Assembly: GCA_014361195.1 (NCBI GenBank)
Contig: JACIWA010000002.1
Location: forward strand, 4,310-68,309
Direction of reading: 5' to 3'
Length of the DNA stretch: 64,000 bases
Source: Thermoplasmatales archaeon
Lineage (GTDB): Archaea > Thermoplasmatota > E2 > UBA202 > JdFR-43
Part shown: positions 20,022 to 28,238 of the stretch, one piece after another
Layout of the letters: the number at the start of each line of letters is the position of its first letter
Position numbering within the stretch: the stretch's first letter is position 1
Made by a program: the position numbers and the translations under genes
The notes under the pieces: generated by a model
Databases searched by the model: none
What the model saw: the letters and a program-made list of their open reading frames with translations, nothing else
What the model was told of the DNA's origin: nothing

Positions 20022-20496
20022 TTTTTTCCCTCCTGAAAAGAGTTAAAACCCCTGCAATTGCGGAAAAAAGTATTGTAGCCTCCCCAAGAGTGTCATACCC
20101 CCTATAATCAAAAACAACGCTTGTAACCGCATTATCTGCTCCAGTTTCCTTTACCGCACCATAAACCCAAAAAATTTTTTTATAGGGAAGCTCATCTTCA
20201 CCTATTTCATCAACTGTTTCATTATTTAAAATTATTTTTATTCTTCCTTCATCAAAGTAAAATTTGAAATAAGCTATCGAAATATTATTTATCCCTTCCT
20301 GCAAAATTTTTTCTTCATTATCCACTGAAAAAATTAGTTCTCCATTGTTCCTTTCTATCTTAATTTCAGATGCTTTCCCAATTATCCTGTCATCCATCTC
20401 CGTGTTCTGTGGCTTTCCAAAGTCTCTCATTTCATATGCTGAAAAAAAGAGGAATAAAATAAATATTACAAAAGCAACAATTGCTACTTTCCTCAT
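20014..20496 (-). CDS. mbhE: MbhE (MnhB-related / DUF4040-like subunit)
   Basis: NAVTSVVFDYRGYDTLGEATILF, an MnhB-related C-terminal segment. N-terminal TM helix. Confidence 0.6.
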   Translation of the reverse strand: MRKVAIVAFVIFILFLFFSAYEMRDFGKPQNTEMDDRIIGKASEIKIERNNGELIFSVDNEEKILQEGINNISIAYFKFYFDEGRIKIILNNETVDEIGEDELPYKKIFWVYGAVKETGADNAVTSVVFDYRGYDTLGEATILFSAIAGVLTLFRREKNE

Positions 20497-20747
20497 TTTT
20501 CATCCTCCATTCTCTTTGTCGCTTTTATCGCCATTATCATTAAAGCGGTAGTAAGGCAGGCTCCAACACCCGCTTCTGCTATTGCAACATCTGGAGCATG
20601 AAGAATGTAAAAATATAGGGATAGCAATAGGCTCATAACCGCGAGAGAAATTACGCTTGCAAGCAGATCTTTAAACCATATTGCTATTATTGCTGATGAG
20701 ATAGTTGAAATTGAAAGAAGAATTATAATTATTTCAAACATGCTCAT
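20493..20747 (-). CDS. mbhD: MbhD (MnhB N-terminal-like small membrane subunit)
   Basis: HAPDVAIAEAGVGACLTTALMIMAI. Conserved position in the operon. Confidence 0.65.
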   Translation of the reverse strand: MSMFEIIIILLSISTISSAIIAIWFKDLLASVISLAVMSLLLSLYFYILHAPDVAIAEAGVGACLTTALMIMAIKATKRMEDEK

Positions 20748-21090
20748 TTTTCCCCTCCAGATCATCAACAATCGCTTTTTTTGGCTTTACCCCGCTTTTA
20801 TGAGCAGCTCTTGCTATTGCATGTGCTCCTGTTGGATTTGTAAGAAGTATTGCTATTAAAGCAAAGAAGGAATGTATTGATATTATGATCATGCTTGCAT
20901 AGCCAATATACCATTTCCATAAACCATAGACAATTGATGCCAGGCAAATGAATATGCTTCCAAAAGTTGTGCATTTTGTCCCTGCATGAAGACGAGTATA
21001 TACATCTGGGAAACGAATTAATCCAATAGATGCAAGTAAATTAAATATTATTCCTATTGCAAGGAATACATATATTATTTCCCATATCAT
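20734..21090 (-). CDS. mbhC: MbhC (MnhG-like)
   Basis: GLIRFPDVYTRLHAGTKCTTFGSIF is the MnhG signature. Confidence 0.8.
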   Translation of the reverse strand: MIWEIIYVFLAIGIIFNLLASIGLIRFPDVYTRLHAGTKCTTFGSIFICLASIVYGLWKWYIGYASMIIISIHSFFALIAILLTNPTGAHAIARAAHKSGVKPKKAIVDDLEGKNEHV

Positions 21091-21344
21091 ATTTTTCCTC
21101 CTTCAAGATATTTTGCTATGAATAGGGTTGTGATATAGGAAAGCAATGCATAAACTATTGCAACATCAATATATATTACATCTTCATTTGCCACCCCAAA
21201 TAAAATCATGCCAGATATTACAAGAGTATTTATTGTATCAAGTCCTACTACTCTATCTGGGATTGTTGGGCCGAGTAAAACTCTTATCATCGCTATTGCA
21301 ATCGATACGAATAGCATCACGAGAGAAAGCATGAACACATTCAT
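21087..21344 (-). CDS. mbhB: MbhB (MnhF-like)
   Basis: LLGPTIPDRVVGLDTINTLVI is the MnhF signature. Start placed at MNVFML. Confidence 0.75.
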   Translation of the reverse strand: MNVFMLSLVMLFVSIAIAMIRVLLGPTIPDRVVGLDTINTLVISGMILFGVANEDVIYIDVAIVYALLSYITTLFIAKYLEGGKI

Positions 21345-21844
21345 TCTCCTATCCTCCTTGCCCATTCAGGGAAATTTGAGCAAATTGGTTTATAATCACG
21401 AGGCATTTTTTCTAAAACTTTTTCATCAACATTTATCCAATGTACATAAAGATTTTTTTCATCATCAATGTCAACGCTTAATGTGCCAGGCGTTAGGGTG
21501 ATTGAGTTTGCCAATATTGTTATTGATAAATCACTTTTTAGTTTCGGAGATATTTTTACTATTCCAGGATTTATTTTTCCTGTTATAACACGATATGCAA
21601 CATCAAGGTTTGCCTTTGCCATTTCATAGAAAAAGCGAGGCAAATAGGCGATAATAAATGCCCATCTTTTTGGGTTCGCAAGCTTAAATTCTTTTACAAA
21701 AATTTTTCTTGCTATAAAACCACATATCAATGAAAAAATTACGCCCGCTATTATCTCATCAATCCCCCAAATTGAGCCACTATATGTGAGCAAAAGCCAA
21801 ATTATAAAGGTAAATATGGAGGTTGCTATGAACGCCCGCATCAA
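21341..21844 (-). CDS. mbhA: MbhA (MnhE-like)
   Basis: MnhE/PhaE-like: N-terminal TM helices, then LDVAYRVITGKINPGIVKI...ITLTPGTLSVDID. Confidence 0.75.
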   Translation of the reverse strand: MMRAFIATSIFTFIIWLLLTYSGSIWGIDEIIAGVIFSLICGFIARKIFVKEFKLANPKRWAFIIAYLPRFFYEMAKANLDVAYRVITGKINPGIVKISPKLKSDLSITILANSITLTPGTLSVDIDDEKNLYVHWINVDEKVLEKMPRDYKPICSNFPEWARRIGE

Positions 21845-21857
21845 AAGGGATATATGA

Positions 21858-21880
21858 ATTGTATATTTAAAAATTTCTTA
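21858..21880 (-). promoter_or_regulatory. putative BRE/TATA promoter of the mbh operon (TTTAAATATA about 28 nt upstream of the mbhA ATG, consistent with a leaderless transcript)
   Basis: The minus-strand sequence reads aaatttttaaatatacaattcatatatcccttttgATG. It overlaps the stop codon of the upstream C25 gene. Confidence 0.35.
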
Positions 21881-23560
21881 AAAATGAATTTTGATTAAAG
21901 AATCTTGGAAAAATTTTAAAATTCTTGAAAGTAATTTAAGGGTTTTACTCATCTGCATTCTAACAGGGAGTGAATCTGACCACTCGCTAACAGCACCGTG
22001 CTCATCTTTTGCTCTAACCCTTACAATGTAATTTCCTGATCTCTCCCATGTATGGATTGCGGTGGCTGTTGCCCCACTTTCAAATGGACCAACTTGAGTA
22101 ATTGCTCCATCTCCCCAATCAAATATGTAGTAGATTTTATCTCCATCTGGATCTGTAGTTGAAGTTTGATAAGTGTATTCTTTTTTTATCTTTACACTTG
22201 TTTCTCCAATTGGTCTATCGGGTTTATTTGGTGGCAGAGAAGGTACTCTTAAAATTAAAGTAGGATCCCCAAAGCATTCCCATTCAAGAACTGTTTTATA
22301 ATCCAAAACTTGTTTCATTCTATAGGTTTGTATGTAACTATTGATTGGCCTAGTCCACATTTCACCTAAAGATGTGGCGCCGTTTTTATAAGCTTTAAAA
22401 GTCTCAATTACTATACCTTCATTAAGGCCTTTTGTAACATCTTTACCAACATAGCTCCAGCCCAAGCCAGTTGCCCCAAAAGATGCTATACCCCCACCAT
22501 TTGGATTTTTAAGCCATGCATAGGAAAAACAACTCTTATCTTTGTTGAACTTGCTAATACTACATGCGCCGGTTATAACTATAGGGAGCTTTTCTCCATT
22601 TCTTAGCAATTCTATATCAAAGCTTAAATACCCTCCTGTTGGTTTTGGAAGCCATGTTTCTTCATCATTGTAAGGATGAGTTGCCCATATATTTGTATTT
22701 CCGTGTCCAGAAAAATGAATAAATCCCGCACCAGAATTTATAGCATTATTTAATGGCCCTTTCGTAGCTAGGTTATCCTCAGATACCCATACTTTAGTTG
22801 ATGTAAAATCACTCATTAAATTAATAACATATTTATTCGCATATTCTCCCTCTAGCACATCATTTCCAGTAAAACTGTCACCACCTACTGCTATCAGATG
22901 TTTAAACCACTCTTGTGAGTATGCGTTGCTGTTTTCATAGTTGATTATTTTATTGACAATTGTTGCAAGTTCATTGCTATCAATACAAGGTATTCTGGCT
23001 AGATGGACATCGGGGTACAAATCCAGTTCATCATCTGTTGGACCCCAATTTATCTCTGCAAAAACATTGTTTTTATTTGTATCCCAGCTAGAGAAAGTAC
23101 CGTCCCCGCTATAGATATCAGCATAGTAAAGATCTGATACAAATATCTCATTATCATTTTCATATCTAACATGAACTTCTCTCGATGGCACATTTGAACC
23201 AACAAGTAAAACACTATAAGTATTCCAGTTCTCAACGGCATTTTTAATGAAGTACTTTATCTGTTCCGCACTATCTCTTCCTTGTCTGTTAAAATATCTT
23301 CCGCTTGATATATCATTTAATTTTAAAACTTTTGTAGAAATTCTGCTTTTATGATTAACAAAATTTTGTAAGCTATTTGCAAAAGCATCTTCGCATATAA
23401 TTACAAAATTGTAAATGTCATCTGTTTCTAAATTAATAAGTAAATTATAGTTTATATTTATCTCTATCTCACTGCACCATTCAACAATCTTATCTTCCTT
23501 TCGGTACCTCGCCGGATATACATCTATGCTTAAAAATACCGCTCTTTCATTTCCATTCAA
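21878..23560 (-). CDS. peptidase C25 (gingipain-like) paralog with C-terminal PKD domain. The ORF starts at a TTG that lies in frame just downstream of a TGA (see 23585-24007)
   Basis: YSVLLVGS...SDLYYADIY...YPDVHLARIP...IHFSGHGNTNIW (His)...IVITGACSISKF (Cys). The C-terminal PKD domain is DPDGDKIYYIFDWGDG...YIVRVRAKDEHGAVSEWSD. The N-terminal region is collinear with the 12162-13592 paralog. Confidence 0.7.
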   Translation of the reverse strand: MNGNERAVFLSIDVYPARYRKEDKIVEWCSEIEININYNLLINLETDDIYNFVIICEDAFANSLQNFVNHKSRISTKVLKLNDISSGRYFNRQGRDSAEQIKYFIKNAVENWNTYSVLLVGSNVPSREVHVRYENDNEIFVSDLYYADIYSGDGTFSSWDTNKNNVFAEINWGPTDDELDLYPDVHLARIPCIDSNELATIVNKIINYENSNAYSQEWFKHLIAVGGDSFTGNDVLEGEYANKYVINLMSDFTSTKVWVSEDNLATKGPLNNAINSGAGFIHFSGHGNTNIWATHPYNDEETWLPKPTGGYLSFDIELLRNGEKLPIVITGACSISKFNKDKSCFSYAWLKNPNGGGIASFGATGLGWSYVGKDVTKGLNEGIVIETFKAYKNGATSLGEMWTRPINSYIQTYRMKQVLDYKTVLEWECFGDPTLILRVPSLPPNKPDRPIGETSVKIKKEYTYQTSTTDPDGDKIYYIFDWGDGAITQVGPFESGATATAIHTWERSGNYIVRVRAKDEHGAVSEWSDSLPVRMQMSKTLKLLSRILKFFQDSLIKIHF

Positions 23561-23584
23561 GCCGGTGTGAACAGAGTAACTAAA

Positions 23585-24007
23585 TCATTTGTCTGGATAA
23601 ATTTTACTCAACAGCTCCGTATTTTTTGTTACTAATTTCCCTGCAACGTTTGCACCTGGTGTTGGTTTTATTTCTGTTTTAAAAGGATAGACAAATTTTC
23701 TCGTATACATTGGTAAGATTGGCTTACCTTGAGACATCAAATAGGTGTTTGTCTCGCCAAAATCTATACTTATGTAATCGTTTTCTTCTCTTATCTGTGA
23801 CTCAGAGAACTCTACTTTTATCCTTTCTATGCTTGTTTTTTCTGATGGCATAGCAAATGCATATACTCCACTAAAAACCAGCATTCCCACCGCCAAAGCC
23901 GCTGTTAATCTTTTCACATTTTCCCTCTTTGCTTCATAATAGTAAATTATTATATAAAATTGTTTCTCTATTTGGATGAAGTATATCGCATCTATCAAAT
24001 CTCCCAA
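23585..24007 (-). other. signal-peptide-bearing N-terminal segment, in the same frame as the downstream C25 paralog but separated from it by a single TGA (23585-23587)
   Basis: 140-aa ORF containing the signal-peptide-like segment KRLTAALAVGMLVFSGVYAFA. 24007-23560 = 447 nt, a multiple of 3. Read through the TGA, the sequence continues ...IYPDK*FSYSVHTGLNGNERAVF... Confidence 0.45.
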
Positions 24008-24367
24008 CGCATTAGCTAGGTTTGTTGGATTTTACACTAATTGTCCTTCCAGGAAAAACTCCTTACCCTTATATAGCTCTTTAGCAAGAACATAGTTAAT
24101 TATGAGCCCTGCCTTCATCTCTCCTTCCAGATTATTTCTCAATAATATGGAAAATATTTGCTGAGTAAAAAATTGAAGAAACCAAAGGAATTAATTATTT
24201 TCATTTTCTCAACCATAAAAGCATTTCTGTAATTTTTTCCAATGAATAGGAATATTTTTGCTCGCATTTCCAACAGCCTCACATCTCAACAGGGACATTT
24301 ATTTTTTTTAAAATGAAAAAGAGTTATAAATATCAGAGAATGTATGAAGAATCAAATTTACATAAAA

Positions 24368-24395
24368 TTTTTAAACTAATTGGTATATTCTACGC
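24368..24395 (+). promoter_or_regulatory. putative TATA box (TTTTTAAA) 28 nt upstream of the ATG of the FG-GAP protein gene
   Basis: aaatttttaaactaattggtatattctacgcATG. Confidence 0.3.
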
Positions 24396-25574
24396 ATGAA
24401 AAAAATCGCCCTGATTTTATTTGGAATATTAATTTTTGGAAATGTTTACGGAGGAATTTTTAGCGGTGACGGAAAATTTGTTATTCAATGGGAAAAAAGC
24501 TACGGTAGCATATGGTGGTGGTCCGCCCGCTATGAGGGGCCCCAGCCTGTTGGGGATGCGGATAATGATGGGAAAAATGAGTTGCTTATAGGGGGAAGAG
24601 ATCCTTTCATGAGAGTTATGAAGTGGGATGAGAGAAGGGGCACATATTATGAGCAGGCGAGAATTATTGACCCTGTTTTTGGGATTGGCTACACCTTATT
24701 TGGCATTCCTCAGCCATTTGGCTCAGCAACTGGATTTTGTATAGAGGATATAGACAATGACGGAAAAAATGAAATAGGAGTTGCATGGGGTCGCCACTTC
24801 TCATTTTTCAAGTGGAATGGATTTAAATATAAAAAAGAAGGAATGTATGTTGTTTATGAAGGACAGAGATGGGGAACAACTCTTGATTGCATAGTGGGAG
24901 ATTATGACAATGATGGAATAAATGAAGTTATAGTTACAGGAGGATTCAATAATGCTCCTTCGCTTGTTGCTATAAGATGGGATGGGAATAAATTTGTTGA
25001 AGAAACAAAATGGGGAAATGAAGCAATATATTTCCCATGGATTGCGGACGTAGATAATGACGGGAAAAATGAAGTTATTGTTGGCCATGGTCGCGAGCTA
25101 GTTGTGCTTAAATGGGATGGGGAAAAGTTTGTATCTCATACAATAGAAAAGTTCCAGTATCAAGTTTTTGGATGTGTTGCAAAGGACAGCAATTTGGATG
25201 GAATAAATGAAATACATGTAACTTTCTATACCCCTCGTCTTTGCATTTATAAATGGAATGGGGTTGCATATGAAAAAATATTTGATGCTTTTTGGCAGGG
25301 TGAAGAAGACACAATAGAGGCAATAGATGTTGGAAATGTTGATAAAGATGAGATGCCAGAAGTTTGTGTAGGAACAGATAAAGTTCATATTTTGCAATGG
25401 AATGGAAATAAATATGAGGAGGAATATTTAATAAACGATACCTATGGTCTGCTTGCGGTAACATGTGTAGGGGATTTTGATAATGATGGAATGAATGAAA
25501 TAAATGCGGGTGCGGTTGGAGTAAGCGCTGGCAAGGATTATAAAGCCTGGATATTTAAGTATTCGGGCCTGTAG
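24396..25574 (+). CDS. secreted 7-bladed FG-GAP/VCBS-type beta-propeller protein with DxDxDG calcium-binding-like loops
   Basis: Signal peptide MKKIALILFGILIFGNVYG. Seven repeats: DADNDGKNELLIGG, DIDNDGKNEIGVA, DYDNDGINEVIVTG, DVDNDGKNEVIVGH, NLDGINEIHVT, NVDKDEMPEVCVGT and DFDNDGMNEINAG. Confidence 0.75.
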   Translation: MKKIALILFGILIFGNVYGGIFSGDGKFVIQWEKSYGSIWWWSARYEGPQPVGDADNDGKNELLIGGRDPFMRVMKWDERRGTYYEQARIIDPVFGIGYTLFGIPQPFGSATGFCIEDIDNDGKNEIGVAWGRHFSFFKWNGFKYKKEGMYVVYEGQRWGTTLDCIVGDYDNDGINEVIVTGGFNNAPSLVAIRWDGNKFVEETKWGNEAIYFPWIADVDNDGKNEVIVGHGRELVVLKWDGEKFVSHTIEKFQYQVFGCVAKDSNLDGINEIHVTFYTPRLCIYKWNGVAYEKIFDAFWQGEEDTIEAIDVGNVDKDEMPEVCVGTDKVHILQWNGNKYEEEYLINDTYGLLAVTCVGDFDNDGMNEINAGAVGVSAGKDYKAWIFKYSGL

Positions 25575-25637
25575 CCTAGCGGAAAAGGCGGCAGCCTTCG
25601 GAGCTGCAGATCAAGGGTTCAAATCCCTTCAGGCCCG
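25565..25637 (+). tRNA. tRNA-Arg (anticodon TCG)
   Basis: GGGCCTG-TA-GCCT-AGCGGAAA-AGGC-G-GCAGC-CTTCGGA-GCTGC-AGATC-AAGGG-TTCAAAT-CCCTT-CAGGCCC-G. Canonical 73-nt cloverleaf; the anticodon loop is CU-UCG-GA. Confidence 0.8.
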
Positions 25638-25911
25638 TAGAAGAGATGGATTTTTGCTTTCCATTTTATTAAATTCACGGTGCTTTAAAAGCAAATTTTT
25701 TTCCCATAAATTTAGATTTTCATTAAACTTAAAGTTTTATAAGTGGATGCCAAAAACAGGTGAAAAAGAGAAAGATGCGGAAGAAAAAAGGAGAGAAAAA
25801 TCTTTTCTTCATAATATCTCCTTATTTGGTATCATTTTATTATCTCCAAAAGGCCGCATAGTGGTGTTTTATTCCTCCTAATAGGCCTATTATTTTTTCA
25901 TAGCATCAATT

Positions 25912-26532
25912 TTGTATGTAAAGGGCGAGTTAAAGCGTATAGAGGCTCTTACAATGGCTCTGATATGGATCTACATTCTTTTAATTTATATTTCTTTCCC
26001 GTTTATTGTATGGTACTATAAAATACTTATAGTGATTTTTATGATATTGGGTTTAATAATGGCTTTAGCTTCTTATCGCCTTTTTAAAAAATATATGGAT
26101 TTAAAATTTGCATCTGTTTCGGCAGCTTCAGTAGTGATATATATCATTGTGGATTCCTTTCATCTCTACACGTTCCTTAATTTGGATGAAAATGTTGCAT
26201 TCTGGTTTTTTGGTGCAGTATTTCAGGGTTTTTCAGTGTTACTAGGAGCATTTAGTATATTTTTATTAAGAGAAGGAGAAACTATCGTACGAGAGGAAAC
26301 TCGAGAGAAGCTGGTAGAATATTTTTTACCTTCTGTACCCTACATTGTGGTAATACTCTTTATTTCAGTTGTATGTCTCCCTTTTTCACCGGTTTTAGTA
26401 ACAAAAAACCAGTCTTTACTCCTTACGATAATTATTGTATCTATTTTACTGTCGATCTTGACAATCATAGGATTTTTTGGAATTTTTTGGTCGATATTTA
26501 AAGAATATTTTATTAAAGAATCTCAAAAGTAA
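25912..26532 (+). CDS. hypothetical polytopic membrane protein
   Basis: 206-aa ORF with 5-6 hydrophobic helices. No motif recognised. Confidence 0.4.
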   Translation: MYVKGELKRIEALTMALIWIYILLIYISFPFIVWYYKILIVIFMILGLIMALASYRLFKKYMDLKFASVSAASVVIYIIVDSFHLYTFLNLDENVAFWFFGAVFQGFSVLLGAFSIFLLREGETIVREETREKLVEYFLPSVPYIVVILFISVVCLPFSPVLVTKNQSLLLTIIIVSILLSILTIIGFFGIFWSIFKEYFIKESQK

Positions 26533-26784
26533 TTTTTACCTTAAATATGGAGTTTTTTTTATTCAGCGAAATGCTATTAGACAGCATATAAAGATATATA
26601 AATATATCATCAGAAACAAAAGATAGAGATGATTTTGTTTTAATTTTTTGACGAAAACAAGCAAATTTTCCCTAAATATTATCGGAATTAAAAAGACTGT
26701 AACCATTGAGAAAGTAACGAGTTTATTATCCCAGAGATAGATTATAAAAAAATTGTGAAGTGAATGAAGGAAAATTGCTACTGG

Positions 26785-27147
26785 TTACATAGTAAAATGG
26801 GGTAAATAGAATAGGTGATGTGGATTAAAGCATTTAATAAAATAAAAACCTCCAACTATGATAAGAAAAGAAAATTGCAAATTATTCTGGATATAAGGCA
26901 TTTCTCTTAGATATCTTAACCTGAAAATTTTATTAAAATCAATTATAAAAATTGACCAGTAGCCAATCATTTTTAAGCTTTCTTCAACTATTGGAGATAT
27001 AATTACTATAAACACCGGCAAAAGATTTTCTAAGATATTGTTTATCAAGCAGACGATAAGGAAGACGATTAAACCTATACAAACAATCATTGCATAAAAA
27101 AGAATTTTTCTTTCTCTCAGCGAAAGTCTAAAAGATGTTTTCCTCAT
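26785..27147 (-). CDS. small membrane protein. The EESLKMIGY motif resembles the EExxxR motif of CPBP/CAAX-type intramembrane proteases, so this may be a fragment
   Basis: 120-aa ORF with 2-3 TM helices, too short for a full CPBP domain. Confidence 0.3.
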   Translation of the reverse strand: MRKTSFRLSLRERKILFYAMIVCIGLIVFLIVCLINNILENLLPVFIVIISPIVEESLKMIGYWSIFIIDFNKIFRLRYLREMPYIQNNLQFSFLIIVGGFYFIKCFNPHHLFYLPHFTM

Positions 27148-27212
27148 TATATTTAAGAGATAAAAACATTTGCTTCACCAATAAAATTAAAACATTCTCC
27201 TCATTACATAAT

Positions 27213-28238
27213 ATGGCTCTTGTTCTTGGTGCGGGGAAGATGGGAAGGGCAATTGCATATGATCTAATGAAGCAAGGTATAGATGTCAGGATATGCGATA
27301 TAAGGGAAGCGAATATAAAGAATTTTTTTAAAATGAATGTGAGAAATGAGGAAGATTTGGAAAGGGAAATGAAGAAGGAAGATATTGCAATAAGTGCTCT
27401 TCCTTATGATTTCAATTACAAAATTGCAAAAATTGCAATAAAAACAAAGACAGATTTTCTTGATTTAGGAGGAAATAGTGAAATCGTAAAAAAGGAGTTA
27501 ATGCTTGATGATAAAGCTAAAAAAGAGGGAATAAGTATAATACCTGACTGCGGGCTTGCTCCAGGAATGACAAATATAATTGCTTATCATATATGGAATA
27601 ATTCAAAAGAGGTGCATATTAGGGTTGGTGGCTTGCCTCAAAAACCAAGAGGAGCTCTAAAATATTCCCTATTTTTCTCGGTTCATGGGCTCTTAAATGA
27701 ATATATAGAGGATTCAATAATAATAAGAGATGGGAAAGTTTGCAGAGTTAAATCTCTTAGTGGAGTAGAAAAAATTCATTTTAGAGGATTTAAAAATTTA
27801 GAGGCATTTTATACCCATGGAGGCACATCAACTTTGCTTGAAACAATGAAAGGCGTAAGGGATTTAGATTATAAAACAATAAGATATAGAGGGCATGCAG
27901 AAAAAATCAGGGTTTTGAAGGAATTAGGTTTTTTTGAAAAATCCGCAAGAAAATTTACAGAAAAAATTCTTGAGAAAACCCTTTCCAAAGATGAAAAGGA
28001 TGTTGTTCTCGCTAGAATATATACTGAAAACAATTCTGCGGAGCTTCTGGATTATTATGATGAAAAAGAAAATTTTTCCGCAATGGCAAGGACAACTGGT
28101 TTTTCAACATCGATAATTGCAAAGATGGTCATTAATGGAGAAATAGAAAAAGGAGCTAAACCGCCGGAGCTTGCGGTAGATGGAAATAAATTTTTAAAGG
28201 AATTGAAGAAAAGAAGAATAATCTGGGAAATTACATGA
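27213..28238 (+). CDS. saccharopine dehydrogenase-family NAD(P)-dependent oxidoreductase
   Basis: N-terminal Rossmann motif MALVLGAGKMGRAIAYDL. Length and C-terminal domain are typical of the Sacchrp_dh family. Start placed at MALVLG rather than at the ORF-track start. Confidence 0.65.
   Translation: MALVLGAGKMGRAIAYDLMKQGIDVRICDIREANIKNFFKMNVRNEEDLEREMKKEDIAISALPYDFNYKIAKIAIKTKTDFLDLGGNSEIVKKELMLDDKAKKEGISIIPDCGLAPGMTNIIAYHIWNNSKEVHIRVGGLPQKPRGALKYSLFFSVHGLLNEYIEDSIIIRDGKVCRVKSLSGVEKIHFRGFKNLEAFYTHGGTSTLLETMKGVRDLDYKTIRYRGHAEKIRVLKELGFFEKSARKFTEKILEKTLSKDEKDVVLARIYTENNSAELLDYYDEKENFSAMARTTGFSTSIIAKMVINGEIEKGAKPPELAVDGNKFLKELKKRRIIWEIT

Noticed and set aside
25654-25881. 75-aa K/E-rich ORF downstream of tRNA-Arg
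   Set aside because: Compositionally biased, with no start context and no motifs. Most likely non-coding spacer.
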